A program made the translations under genes and the position numbers. 64,000 nt of DNA from the NCBI GenBank assembly GCA_013265495.1, contig MU058367.1, forward strand, positions 1-64,000, in the 5' to 3' direction. Every line of letters begins with the position of its first letter. Position 1 is the stretch's first letter. Source of the DNA: Vicugna vicugna (taxonomy: Eukaryota). A model generated the notes under the pieces. That model saw only the letters and a list, made by a program, of their open reading frames with translations. It was not told the DNA's origin and did no database searches. This document shows, piece after piece, positions 25,047 to 37,379 of this stretch.

Positions 25047-26686
25047 CTTGGAGACAGAAAAGAACTATGCGTCACTGCAGATCTTTCCCAGTAGGTACTT
25101 GAGCACTTTCCTTCAGCGCTTATATATTTCCAAAAAGAAAGAATTTGGGCCCGTAGAAATGGTATCTCATCCAGGGGAGTGGAACAGGTTTTGAGTTAAC
25201 AGTCCTGATACCAGTAATAACTCCTGGTCCTTCTTGCAGCCTCCAACAGGCCAAGTGAGCTTTTTGTCCCTTTTGATAAAGGCTGAGGATCTAGGGAACC
25301 AGAGTGTGAACGGCCCTGTCCTTTGTGGGTGGTCCATGACATAAGAAAATCACGGCAGTGCCCCTTCGCTGTGGAGGGAAAGTCTAATCTCGAGAGTCTT
25401 CCTTTTTACTGTCTCCAGACTCCTTTGAGAATGTTGGCCTTTCCTGTAAATGCCCCTGCCGAGACAAGCATGTTGTCCAGAGCCACGTACTCTGCCATTC
25501 TGTTCTTGTGCAAGAAAAACTTGAAGGCAGCGTCGGCTGGGCAGCTGTGAGCGAAAGGAGGGAAGTGCCCAAGAGGCCTTGAGACGGGAGAGAAAAGTCA
25601 GCCCAGGGGCTTTGGTGCCGTCCAGCCCCACGCCAGGGGGACGGGGGACAAGGACTCTGACCTAGAGCACAAGTGAGACGCAGAAAACACTCTCTCCCAG
25701 CAGAATGACTGCCTAGAAATGCTAGAAGTGCCATTTGAAACAAGTCTAAATCATAAGGGCTGCTGCATTATTGTTAAGAGTCCTCCAGGGGAACATAAAG
25801 CAAAACATGCGTGAAAGGGTGTTGGTCGCAGGTCCTGTGCTTGTCATGTCACAGTAACGGGATGTTTTCCCATTTACAGAGAATTGTATGTAAGCAGATG
25901 TGTTTACTTCAATTCTGTCCATCTGAATGTCAGCCCCCCCTGCCGTTTTTCCCTTGCGCAACTTCATCCTCTAGTATAGCCATGTCTTTCACCAGAAAAA
26001 TTTTACAAGTGACAGCAGACCTAGCAAAACATAAAGGAGCAGGCACTGGAAGGCAAGACAAGGTGAAAGCAGTGTGTACACACACGTCCCCAGATCCATG
26101 GTCTCAGTTCACAACTTGTCTCCTTTACCAGCTGACAAGAGGCATTAACCATCTCCTCCTCAAGACCTGCCTCAAGGGGATGTTGCTTCTAGCCGGCAAT
26201 CTTCATGTCAAACTTTACAGGAAAGCACCTCATTTAGGATTTATCATAGCAAGATTGAGTCCTCAGGTGAGAATCAGGATAAATGCGGATTGGAGTGGAG
26301 GTGTAGAGACGAAGATACAGAAAGAACCGTCCAGTGGAGTAGGAACTATCTGGACTCATACACATGTTTTCCCATCTGATATGTAATGTGTACAGTAAAG
26401 AGGGTGGTACTAGTTCTCTAAAGTTACCGCCCGCATTCGTTATGCTGTCACTTTAAACTCGCACAGAATTTTAACGGGGATACAAGACTAACACTACTGT
26501 ACAGGCTGATAATCTAGCTCTGCTGCTTTCAATTTCTAAATTCAGGGGGACTGAATATGAGTTGCCTGTTTGTAATAGTCTGCTGTCTCATGATGGGAGG
26601 TACACCATACACACAGACACACACACACACACACCTCTCAAAAATAAACTTGGTTTCTAACTAAAAAGAACTTGCAGGTAACTTAC

Positions 26687-26764
26687 AGTGATTCCTAGCT
26701 TGGAGAGTGACAGGTTGATGACATCATTCACGGTGTGTGTATTCAATATTCTTATTGTTATAGA
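26687..26764 (-). CDS. ARHGAP20-like exon, RA domain
   Basis: taaacag|TCT..ACT|gtaagt; 78 nt; SITIRILNTHTVNDVINLSLSKLGIT vs human SKTITVMNSDTANEVINMSLPMLGIT. Confidence 0.92.
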
Positions 26765-27129
26765 CTGTTTAAAAAAATGAGAAACATTGCTCTAAATTTA
26801 AAAAAATTAAAACAGGTGAGTAAATAATTACTGTAAAATTATGATCCATATTCTACAGGCAAAGCTTGCATTCAGGCAGTGACACAGTGCAGCACATGTA
26901 AAGCCCAGCCCCCTAATTACAACTGACGTTCATTTGTTTCTATAACACGAACTTAGTTAACAGCATTTCAGTAAAATAGGTGTTTCTTTGAAAGGATTTG
27001 TGGTGCACAAAATATAACAGCTTAAGCTAGAAAGAAAGGCTGAGAATTCCAAGAGGGCACACGGGCTGGTCCGCAGCACATCAGCTGGTTCAGCTAATGA
27101 CACAGTGGGGACGTGAATGGTCAGTGTTA

Positions 27130-27410
27130 AATTTGTAAGTCATAGCTGTCTGGCTGTTACTTGAGGGAATACCCTTAAGTGTTTAAGGATAACAGGCCAT
27201 GGTGTGTATACGAGCCTCAGAAATACTTAGACACATACACGTACAGAGGGTAATAGAGGGGACAGCATGGAATCAAGCAAAACGTTACTAAATAGGTGCG
27301 TCTAGGTAAAGGGTATTTGGGGTGGTCTTTGTATTATTTTTATTTTTGTGACTTCTCTGCAAGTTTTCAGTTATTCTAGATATTATATCACAGAAAAAAT
27401 AAAAACTGGA
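27130..27410 (+). mobile_element. Old L1 3' UTR fragment
   Basis: gcaaaacgttacta..tctaggtaaagggtatttgggg..ctttgtattatttt..acttctctgcaagttt resembles L1MC/MD/ME 3' ends. Confidence 0.55.
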
Positions 27411-27832
27411 AACAACCCAAACTACAATTATATAAGTGGTGGTACAGTTAGAAGACCATGTTTAATACCAATAGGAAATACCTGTTTGTGAAAATCACTG
27501 TATTACAAGCCAGTGTAAATGCTGTTAGAAGGACCCGGAGACATAGTATGGACACTTTACAGACACTGTTCTTCCCATGCTTAAGCACTCTCTCTGGTGG
27601 GTTCTTCTTGCTTCATATTGCCTAGGACTCACTTTTTGTATATGCAAGGACACATTTTCCCAGGAAAATCCATGTTACCATGTAGTACTTTCTAAATACT
27701 CTCTCTGTCTCCCTCCCCTTTCTTACTTTGTCCCTTCCATTCCCCCGTCCTCTCTTTCTCTGTTTCTCTATCCCTTTGATTTTACTAAGTCAGGGACCTG
27801 GAATTTAAGTTAATGATCCTGAAAACACTTAG

Positions 27833-27917
27833 ACAGGCACAGTTGTTGATGTCCTCGGTAAAGATTTTGAGGGGAATGCTTTTTGGCTGCTCCTTCTCCT
27901 TGGCCAGATAGATGTAC
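27833..27917 (-). CDS. ARHGAP20-like exon, PH/RA linker (donor destroyed)
   Basis: ctttag|G TAC..GCC TGT|ctaagt; 85 nt; YIYLAKEKEQPKSIPLKIFTEDINNCAC vs human YINLEKEKDYPKSIPLKIFAKDIGNCAY. The donor reads CTAAGT instead of GTAAGT. Confidence 0.92.
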
Positions 27918-28531
27918 CTAAAGCGGAGTCAGTGAATTAACTCTTAGCTTGTTTCAAGTCAATGTATGTTGCTAATCCTTGAAGTATACTTTGTTATTTT
28001 GAAAAGAGTATGGAAAGATTCAGCAGAATCAAATCAGGGGCTGGAAGAAAAGATGCAGAAATATTTCAGGAAAATCAGATATGACCCAGAAAAGAACAGG
28101 TTGCTCTGTCATGTAAGATTTGGGCAGCAGATGCAGTCCTCAGAGGTTTTCCTGTGTAGATCGGAGGGACCCCGGCACATTCCTGGTTTCAGGGGGAGGA
28201 AAGCGCAGTTGCTTTGAGAATCAGGACAGTATGTAGGCTTGATTTCTGGGAATTCAGTATATACGTTGAGAATCGTGTTAGTGCCAAGCATTAGGACGGA
28301 GAGACGGGAAAGAGGAGAGTGATGACCAGAAGGAGCAAAGAAGCAGAACATGCATGTGAGGGAGAGCGCGTCAGTTAACAGGAGCGGCCAGGGCAGAGCT
28401 CCAGGTGTCTGAGGACAGTGTAACAGTTCCCACCAAGGAGAGGAAAGAGAGTGTGGGGGGCCCTGCCTGGAAGGGATTTGCACTTTTTCCTCATGGATAA
28501 AAGATGTACAATACGTGTACTGACAAAGTAC

Positions 28532-28573
28532 CTCTCAAGGAAGGCGCGCCATCTGTCCCTTCTTTCTGAAGAA
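28532..28573 (-). CDS. ARHGAP20-like exon, end of PH domain
   Basis: ttgcag|T TCT..GAG AG|gtactt; 42 nt; SSERRDRWRAFLER vs human SPEQKDKWLSLLQR. Confidence 0.88.
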
Positions 28574-29264
28574 CTGCAATGTTAAACATTGGGAGAAAGA
28601 AATTAAACTACATAAAACACTTGTACTAACATGTTCAACACTGTTCCAGATAAATATATCAGCGTCCCGTGGTTACTGATGGGGCTGCATGTGTAAGTGT
28701 TATCCTCCTCATAACTGGGCTTGTGATGGGCCCTGCTCTTTTATAAGCAGTGTTACAGCGATGGGAAGTAGGTCTTAAAGTGGAAGAGCAGTTGGTTTGG
28801 AATCTTAACACCGAAGTGCAGCTCTGTATGATGCAAGCTGTGTCATCGTGGGCGAGTCACTTAACCACTCTGAGCTTCAAGTTCCGACACTGAAAAAGGG
28901 TTAATCATACCCCAGAGTGTTCCCTCAGCTGGACGTGCTATTTACAGATAAAGAGCTGTACTATTTGAGTTAAATCATACTTAAGAATTGGCTTTTGAAT
29001 GAAACTCTGTTGTCCCCAAAACAAAAGGATCTTTTTAGGAAAAAACCCTACCATTATTGTGTTCCTTGATGCGTATAGCATCTAGCCAGTTGTAATTCAT
29101 TAAATTAGTGCTTCATGATTATAACCCTCTGATCAAGATCAATGTGCCTATTGCTAAATTATTAAAGATTCATATTGTCTCTTCTACAGTCTCTGCAGCA
29201 TTTAATCTCCAAAGCTGAAATGCTTTAACATCCATTGCCACTTGGATTTACCACTTACTAGGCT

Positions 29265-29590
29265 TTTATTTATTGTCATAAATTACATGTAGCATCAGAT
29301 TGCCCATTCATGACCTTCAGTACATTAACAGTGTTGTGCAGCCATCACTATGATCTCATTCTGGAATGTTTTCATCACCCAAAAGCAAAAAAAACCTCTT
29401 GTGTCCATTAAGCACTGACTTCTGATTCCACCCCCATCCTCAGCCTCCACCCCGCCTTTTGTTTATCCATTCCTCAGTAAACACTTAGGTCGTTTCTACT
29501 TTTTTTTTTTTTCTTGGCTACTATGGATAATGCTGCTCTGAACATTTCTGTATAAATTTTTGTGTGGCTGTATGTTTTTATTTCTCGTGG
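29265..29590 (-). mobile_element. L1M 3' end fragment
   Basis: gtgttgtgcagccatcact..gaatgttttcatcaccc; ttggctactatggataatgctgctctgaacatt. Confidence 0.7.
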
Positions 29591-30955
29591 CTGTTGTAAA
29601 GGGGCTGCCACATGTTTTCTTCCTACCAGTAGCACTGCTCCTGCCTTCCCTATCACCATGTCAGGACCCGATTCATCAGGAAAGTAGAATGCCCACTGAC
29701 CTCCCCACCCCGCATATATCCATGGACACAGCTTGTAATTACTCAGGCCAGTCTGCAGAAGAGTAAAACAGCAAATAGCCAGGCACTAGGTGCCAGGCAG
29801 AGTTACTGCTTTATATGTGTTTATGCAGCCTTTGAACCAGTATAACGTGTGAACTTGACTTCTACATTTTCCCCGTCACTAGAAAAAATGTTTCTTGGAC
29901 ACTTCCTTACCAAACCTTTGTATATTCCCAAGTGAAACTGCTTCCTTTCACCTGCAACGTGGAAAAGGTATTAAACAATAGCAACCATTAATCTTTAGAG
30001 AAGTAATTCATTGAAAGAAAATATGTAGAGAATGATACAAATACATGATTCTTCCCAAACAGCTTTGGGAATTTTCTTGAAGTCAACAGCTGCAGTCTTG
30101 AATTTCACAAATTAACAGCATGGTAACATTTCAGTTGTCTTATGTTTATGATGATAGGTGAGATTTTGGTAGCATGGGGTGAAGAGGACAAGACAGAAGA
30201 GTTGAGTGCGTGTGATGCACACTCTGTGTGCATAAGGAGAATGAGATTTGGCCTGTGGTTGTTCCAGGTGGCAGATGTGAAAGTTCCATCACCCCTGTGA
30301 ACCGAGAAATGTTGACTCAGGATGGCCACGTTCCCCATCCTCAGTCCAACCAAGAATGTGTCTTGGTTAACTGACCTGCCCTCCATGGAATCACACCTTT
30401 GTTTTAAGATTGTCACCTGTCTGTAGACACCAAAGAAGACAGTCCGTGCACAGCAATTAGGACAATCTAATACTTGATGATTCATTTCATTTCTATAATT
30501 AAATCCTGTCTTTAAAGGAATTAGCTTGGGAGTGCAAAGGCAATTTTCCAAATATAATTCGACTACTCGATAGTACTTGCTCAAGAAAGATATTCTGGGG
30601 ATTTAGAAACAGAGGTGCTCTCTGGGCATCGGGGACAGGCTGTGAGAGAGGGCCCTGGAGACCTGACGTCGTCATCCTCCTTCCACTTACAGGAACACCA
30701 CAGACACGTGAGCTGCCGCTCCCCAAGGGGCTCCTATAACCCACTTGAAAAACCACAGATCAAAACTAAAGGAAAGTCCTCCAGTAGTTCCCCCTACTTA
30801 CCATCAATTGCACATAAAAGCCTTTTTGAGGGGTGCGGTACATGGCATACAAGTGTCATCATGGGAGTTCAGAGCATGAGTCACTGACTTAATACATAAT
30901 AAACTGTATTCCTTTTTAACTCATGTAATAGACAGGACCAAGCTATAGGTCTTAC

Positions 30956-31098
30956 TTAAAGGTGGCCACAAAGTTCACCGTGGGCCAACCCAAGACAAAA
31001 GACTTAGGTGCATTGATGGCTTCTCCTGCTTTGTGCAGTCGCCAGTCCACATGTTGTTCAGTGGGATTTCGTATTTGATCTTAAAGTTCCGTTTGTAC
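30956..31098 (-). CDS. ARHGAP20-like exon, PH domain (frameshifted)
   Basis: ttcgcag|G TAC..TTT AA|gtaaga; YKRNFKIKYEIPLNNMWTGDC/KAGEAINAPKSFVLGWPTVNFVATF vs human YNNNFKIKNKIKLTDMWTASCVDEVGEGNTNAMKSFVLGWPTVNFVATF. 143 nt vs 150 expected; the shifted frame stops at 30975-30977. Confidence 0.92.
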
Positions 31099-31531
31099 CT
31101 GCGAAGGTAACCAGATAAGACTTCTGTTAGTTTGTTTCTTAAACGTAATGGAGCCACTGTGTTCATGCTGAAATGCTTGCCTCGCTGCTCTAGGCAAAGC
31201 ATGGCTCCTTTATCTCTTTGACCCTCTGTGCACAGCACAGGGAATGGTTAGATAGGCCTTTGCCAAGTGTGTGTTGAACAGAGGCTGGTCCAGGAAGGCC
31301 CTGAAAATACTTCGATGGTAGCAAATAGGCATTTTCTGAATGATGGGAATTGAGAATGGACCATGGTTTATATTGTAGAGATCAGAGAACCGTTAAGTCA
31401 TTTATTGTTATATTTGTTATTATATATGTAATTTTTATAATTGTTATAATTAACTTTTCATTCATTCATGTCTTTCTTCAAAAAGTGTTGGGGGGACTGA
31501 ACTGACTGTTTCTGCCTATTCCCTTTTGACT

Positions 31532-33878
31532 TCTGACATCAAATGACCATATCTGTTGGTTAATTCACACATGTAATGCTCACGTAGGCCTAGGGTGTAA
31601 TCATAGCTCCACGTCCTGTGAGGGATGCCCAGAGAACTTGGGCCTGGCGCTCTGGAAAGCCCTGCTATTCAGAACCACATATAGAAATACTCAAGGTTAA
31701 ATGAGCTCAGAGACCCTCATGTGCAGGAATTTCTATGACTCCTCCGATACACGGAACAGTTAAGCTACAGCTCTTCAGTGGGGTTTGTGGAATGAAAATA
31801 ATTTCTCAGGAAGCCCACCTGAAAGGTCTAGATACAAAGCTCAGGGCGCCATGAGTGTAAATATGATGGAAACTCACCTTCTGATACAAGATGTTCTTTT
31901 GCTACTTTCTGTTTCATCAGTTTTACTCTATGTCTGCGTGTTTGAAGATTTTTATGAAACACAACTGTCAGATAAAATTATGTTTCTAGATTAACTGTGA
32001 AGTCATTATCAAGATAAAAATATGTGGTGGTGGGAATGATAGATACATATCTGCTAGATTTTACATTCTACATTCTTCTTCTAATGTAGGCGTCTATGTG
32101 TATAGACTCTCAAGGTACCATGTGGGAACTTTCAGATATACTGACCTGGAAAAACTTACTTCCGTAATTCTCTCCTTAGTTCAATAAGGTACCAAGATTA
32201 TGCACTCTCTTGAACCTAAACCGAGAAGTTATCCAAAAACCCAGAGCATGGCTTCACAAATGACTCTTCTGTAACACTGAGCACTTACCATATGCCAAGC
32301 ACTGTTGTAGATATTTTATAAACGTTATTTCACTTAATTGCCAAACAACCACACCATATAGTCATTATTTGCCCCATTTTATAGGTGAGGGAACTCTCAG
32401 AGAGGCTAAGTAAATAGCCAAAAGCAACAAAAAAGGGGTTGGAACCCAGACAGCCTAACTCAGGAGCCTGTTCTGACAACCACTTGGCATCCATGGGTGT
32501 TGTCCTGTAGTTCCCTGAAGTACCCACCTCCACCTCTTCCCTCTTTTCCCAGAGCCACTAGGTTTTCTGATGGGACTGTTCTTTGATTTGGGGAGTGAGA
32601 TGATAAATCTCATGACATTGTATCAAAAAAGCCAGATGTTAGCATGGAAATATTTTAAATGTATCACAAGGAAGCTTTCTGGTCTAGGGGATTCTCCTAG
32701 GGCCATCTGACATCAAATGACCATATCTGTTGGTTAATTCACACATGTAATGCTCACGTAGGCCTAGGGTGTAATCATAGCTCCACGTCCTGTGAGGGAT
32801 GCCCAGAGAACTTGGGCCTGGCGCTCTGGAAAGCCCTGCTATTCAGAACCACATATAGAAATACTCAAGGTTAAATGAGCTCAGAGACCCTCATGTGCAG
32901 GAATTTCTATGACTCCTCCGATACACGGAACAGTTAAGCTACAGCTCTTCAGTGGGGTTTGTGGAATGAAAATAATTTCTCAGGAAGCCCACCTGAAAGG
33001 TCTAGATACAAAGCTCAGGGCGCCATGAGTGTAAATATGATGGAAACTCACCTTCTGATACAAGATGTTCTTTTGCTACTTTCTGTTTCATCAGTTTTAC
33101 TCTATGTCTGCGTGTTTGAAGATTTTTATGAAACACAACTGTCAGATAAAATTATGTTTCTAGATTAACTGTGAAGTCATTATCAAGATAAAAATATGTG
33201 GTGGTGGGAATGATAGATACATATCTGCTAGATTTTACATTCTACATTCTTCTTCTAATGTAGGCGTCTATGTGTATAGACTCTCAAGGTACCATGTGGG
33301 AACTTTCAGATATACTGACCTGGAAAAACTTACTTCCGTAATTCTCTCCTTAGTTCAATAAGGTACCAAGATTATGCACTCTCTTGAACCTAAACCAAGA
33401 AGTTATCCAAAAACCCAGAGCATGGCTTCACAAATGACTCTTCTGTAACACTGAGCACTTACCATATGCCAAGCACTGTTGTAGATATTTTATAAACGTT
33501 ATTTCACTTAATTGCCAAACAACCACACCATATAGTCATTATTTGCCCCATTGTATAGGTGAGGGAACTCTCAGAGAGGCTAAGTAAATAGCCAAAAGCA
33601 ACAAAAAAGGGGTTGGAACCCAGACAGCCTAACTCAGGAGCCTGTTCTGACAACCACTTGGCATCCATGGGTGTTGTCCTGTAGTTCCCTGAAGTACCCA
33701 CCTCCACCTCTTTCCTCTTTTCCCAGAGCCACTAGGTTTTTTGATGGGACTGTTCTTTGATTTGGGGAGTGAGATGATAAATCTCATGACATTGTATCAA
33801 AAAAGCCAGATGTTAGCATGGAAATATTTTAAATGTATCACAAGGAAGCTTTCTGGTCTAGGGGATTCTCCTAGGGCC
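31532..33878. repeat. Direct tandem duplication, 2 x 1,173 bp (31532-32704 and 32706-33878)
   Basis: Period 1174 with one extra A at 32705. I found 4 substitutions by eye (32223/33397, 32379/33553, 32539/33713, 32567/33741); the ORF track also shows duplicated ORF pairs. Confidence 0.97.
32270..32480 (-). mobile_element. MIR (second copy at about 33444-33654 within the duplication)
   Basis: tgagcacttaccatatgccaagcactgt..ccccattttataggtgagggaact..agaggctaagtaa. Confidence 0.75.
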
Positions 33879-36039
33879 CGACTGTTTCTTCACATCTAGT
33901 CACCTGCTCTGAGATTTTCTCAGTAGGAATTAGAGGATGAATCTTATGTTAAGTGGCTCAGGAAGAGAAGGGTGAAGAGGACTCAAGTTTCCATTTCTAT
34001 CTTGTGTCCCCTGTTACGATGTATTAACAAGACAGGTGCCCCTCCCTTCTCCTGCCCCTTAACCTTGATACCAGAGGGTGAGCCCTGTGAGCTGTGGGGT
34101 TTATAAGGTCCTAGGAAGCTTCCCCTTTTCTAAGGTAGAGGTGTTCCCTGAGATGCTTGGAAGCTGGGGTCGGGAAGTATTCTATAAGTATCTGTCCTTT
34201 CACTGCTAAGTTTTCAGTAACCTTCATCTTTAGAGAGTTAGATAAAATGTGTCTTTTATTGTCTCTGTATTCTTTACTAACTAAATTTGAGGATAGTGAT
34301 GTGTAAAGATGGGGTCCGCTCTGTGCAGTCCCCATTTGCAAGTTCTTCATGGGCCTCTACTAGTATTAATATCTTTACGTTTATCATGGAGATCCTGTTT
34401 CAAAAACTAAACTACTTGTTCGGTAGAAAATAACTGACTGAGCATTCTAGTGAGTATCAGAAGTGATACTGAAGGCTGTATCTGGCTGCAAGTCTTGAGA
34501 ACAGAAGTGTCTAATGTATGTAGTAGGAAAACGATGACAAAAACCTCAAAAGAATTTTCACGGAATTTTAGCATCTCACACAACTGGAGAAACATTTGTG
34601 AAGAAAGAAACGTTGAAGCCCCCTTTATTATTACACACAAACTGAAATTTACTTCTTACGACCAAGTACAAACGTAGCAGTTAGTCAGCTATTCCATTTG
34701 TGCTGGTTTCTGAAGTAGAAATCCCAAGATGACCTAGTTTCCAGCTGAACTGCAGGTGAGCTGAGGAAGAATGGAAGTTTAGTTCCCCTCACCCACCCTT
34801 CTTATGGCTAATTGGAAAAACTAGGTGGTAAACTCAGATTATTAAGTTGAACAGCATAAATACAACTTTATGATTATNNNNNNNNNNNNNNNNNNNNNNN
34901 NNNNNNNNNNNNNNNNNNNNNNNNNNNNNNNNNNNNNNNNNNNNNNNNNNNNNNNNNNNNNNNNNNNNNNNNNNNNNNNNNNNNNNNNNNNNNNNNNNNN
35001 NNNNNNNNNNNNNNNNNNNNNNNNNNNNNNNNNNNNNNNNNNNNNNNNNNNNNNNNNNNNNNNNNNNNNNNNNNNNNNNNNNNNNNNNNNNNNNNNNNNN
35101 NNNNNNNNNNNNNNNNNNNNNNNNNNNNNNNNNNNNNNNNNNNNNNNNNNNNNNNNNNNNNNNNNNNNNNNNNNNNNNNNNNNNNNNNNNNNNNNNNNNN
35201 NNNNNNNNNNNNNNNNNNNNNNNNNNNNNNNNNNNNNNNNNNNNNNNNNNNNNNNNNNNNNNNNNNNNNNNNNNNNNNNNNNNNNNNNNNNNNNNNNNNN
35301 NNNNNNNNNNNNNNNNNNNNNNNNNNNNNNNNNNNNNNNNNNNNNNNNNNNNNNNNTCGTAATAGGGAAACACCTGAATTGAACTGAGCTTAAAAACTGA
35401 TACATAGACCAGAGATTATTGTAAATCTACAGAAAATTCTTTCCCAGGAAGTCAAGAAAGTGAGCCCCACCCCCAACCAAGAACGTCAAGCCTGCTGCCT
35501 TGTGCTCAGCAGCGCTGAATCTTACGGACACAGGTAGCTTTTCATGAAACCAGTGCTGAAGGTTAGAAGGAGTTCATATATTTTAGAGGCAACAAAGTCT
35601 GCTCTGATAATCAAAAATAGTGTCTGTATGTGTATGTATGACCGCACTATTATGCTGTTCCCCAGAGACGAACACAGCTCTGTGTCAACTGACTCCACTT
35701 CAATTAAAAAGTTGCACAGGATATAATGTAATTAAGAAATGGAATGGTAACACTGAAAAAATAGTGTATTAAAAGATTACCTTATACAGTGAAACCTTGA
35801 ATGATCACCTACAAGCTCATTGCTTGCGGTGAACATCCTGTCTTCTTTAATTCTTCTCTGTGAAAACCGAGTGTGTCTCCAGCACTTGGCAGAGTGCTGT
35901 GAGCTCCTCCAGGAAGCCTGAGCTTCTGCTACAGGCAGGGTTCTGGCCATTGTGATGTCATGGTTCTGAGGCTCATGCCGTAACTGACCAACTGACATAC
36001 TTGTTTCCCAGATACTGCCTCCATCTTTTGACTTTTAAA

Positions 36040-36430
36040 AATCAACCTATTCATTTCGAGATATAATGCAATGCAGCTATAAGAAATAATAAAGAGCGTC
36101 TATAACCTTTTACCCAGTTGCCCCCAATGGTAACCTCTCTCTAGGTTTTACTGCAGTATCACAACTAGGATGTTAACATGGGTACAGTCAAGACACAGAA
36201 CATCCCCTTGAGGATCCTTCATGTTTCTCTTTCTCAGCCGCACAGAGTTCCCTCCCACTTTACCATCTCTCAATCCCTGGAAACCTGTGATATGTTCCCC
36301 ATTTCTTTAATTTTGCCATTTCTGGAATGTTGTGTGAGTGGGATCATACATTACATAACCATTTGGGGTTTGCTCTTTTGCACTCAGCATGAGTAGAGAT
36401 TCATCAGAATTGTGGGTATTATAGCATAGA
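36040..36430 (-). mobile_element. L1MC-type 3' end fragment
   Basis: tttacccagttgcccccaatggtaac..acagtcaagacacagaacatcccc..ataaccatttggggtt. Confidence 0.65.
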
Positions 36431-37343
36431 TGGAATTATAGCCACATTTAGAGATGAGAATGAGGAAAGGTTCTCTGGTAACCAAAAACCAAGGCCATCT
36501 GACCCCAAAATAAGCCTGGTAGTATCGATTAGAAGACTTAATAAGCAAATAACATAGAATGGTAAAGAGTTGGAGCAACTTTTGTGATGAATGGGAAAAA
36601 AATCAATCTAGGAATGGACTGACAGACTAGAAAAATAGAGATGGTTTCAACACTAAATACTTTGAAGTCGAAGAATCAGGTTAGTGGGAGTAAGGGAGTG
36701 GACGATGTATAAACACATACGTGAAGCTGTGGTCAGAAGGTAGGACTCCGGAATTTAAGATCTCGGAGCCAGAGTAAATGCTCATTCATTGATGAGGATA
36801 AAGATGATACTGATGATAACAACCATTCTTGAAGCCCACTAAAAAGTTAATTATATCTTGTCATAACAACCATTACTGTCAGCATGTTCCAGGGGAGCAA
36901 TTGAGGCCCTGAGGAGTTTTCTATAACACTCTTTAGGTTTATCATAGAACTTGACAAGATGACTCTGAAATTCACATAGAGTAGGAAAGGGCCTGGCATT
37001 CCCAAGAAAATTTTGAAGAAAGCTTTGAACAAGAAAATTTTGAACAATGGAAAAGAATAAACAATCCATGGACATGTGAAAACCCAGTCTGACATTAATG
37101 ACACCATGAACCATAAAAATAAAGTTAAACCAGTCAGTAAATGCTGCCAGAACAATTAGTTGTTCACACGTAAAATAAATAAAAGCAGATCTCTACCTCA
37201 TGCACAAAAACAGTAGTCTGATTTAAAAAGACTAAAATATGAAGAACTAAATTTTCAAACTTTTAGCAAAAAGACAGATGAATGAATATCTTTGTGGTTT
37301 TGAGGTAGGGAAGGATTTTTTTTATTTCTTTAGGGAAAGATTG

Positions 37344-37344
<1 letters not shown>

Positions 37345-37379
<35 letters not shown>

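Larger units (their letters stand above)
13456..31098 (-). pseudogene. ARHGAP20: ARHGAP20-like (Rho GTPase-activating protein 20-like) duplicated gene, probably an unprocessed pseudogene; PH (C-terminal half), RA and RhoGAP domains
   Basis: Twelve collinear minus-strand exons whose peptides match human ARHGAP20 (e.g. SFVLGWPTVNFVATF, PKSIPLKIF, GSEKDYQLWV, GHEHPHGIKISHL, NWAFWR, LNQKGPLTK, LFGVLHNIEQHS), with mostly compatible phases. Too diverged and C-terminally too short to be the orthologue. Lesions: frameshifts in 30956-31098 and 15979-16157, donor GT>CT at 27832, altered acceptor at 19898. Confidence 0.93.

Noticed and set aside
25406..25544. Protein-like minus-strand frame CPADAAFKFFLHKNRMAEYVALDNMLVSAGAFTGKANILKGVWRQ after a good acceptor
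   Set aside because: No convincing donor, no recognised homology, and the phase does not fit the surrounding phase-0 intron.
30707..30745. WVIGAPWG, resembling an integrin FG-GAP motif, in a small exon-like segment
   Set aside because: Too short, no other integrin exons, and it lies inside an ARHGAP20-like intron.
31785..33168. Twin 69-aa ORFs as a duplicated small gene
   Set aside because: A by-product of the tandem duplication; non-ATG start and no homology.
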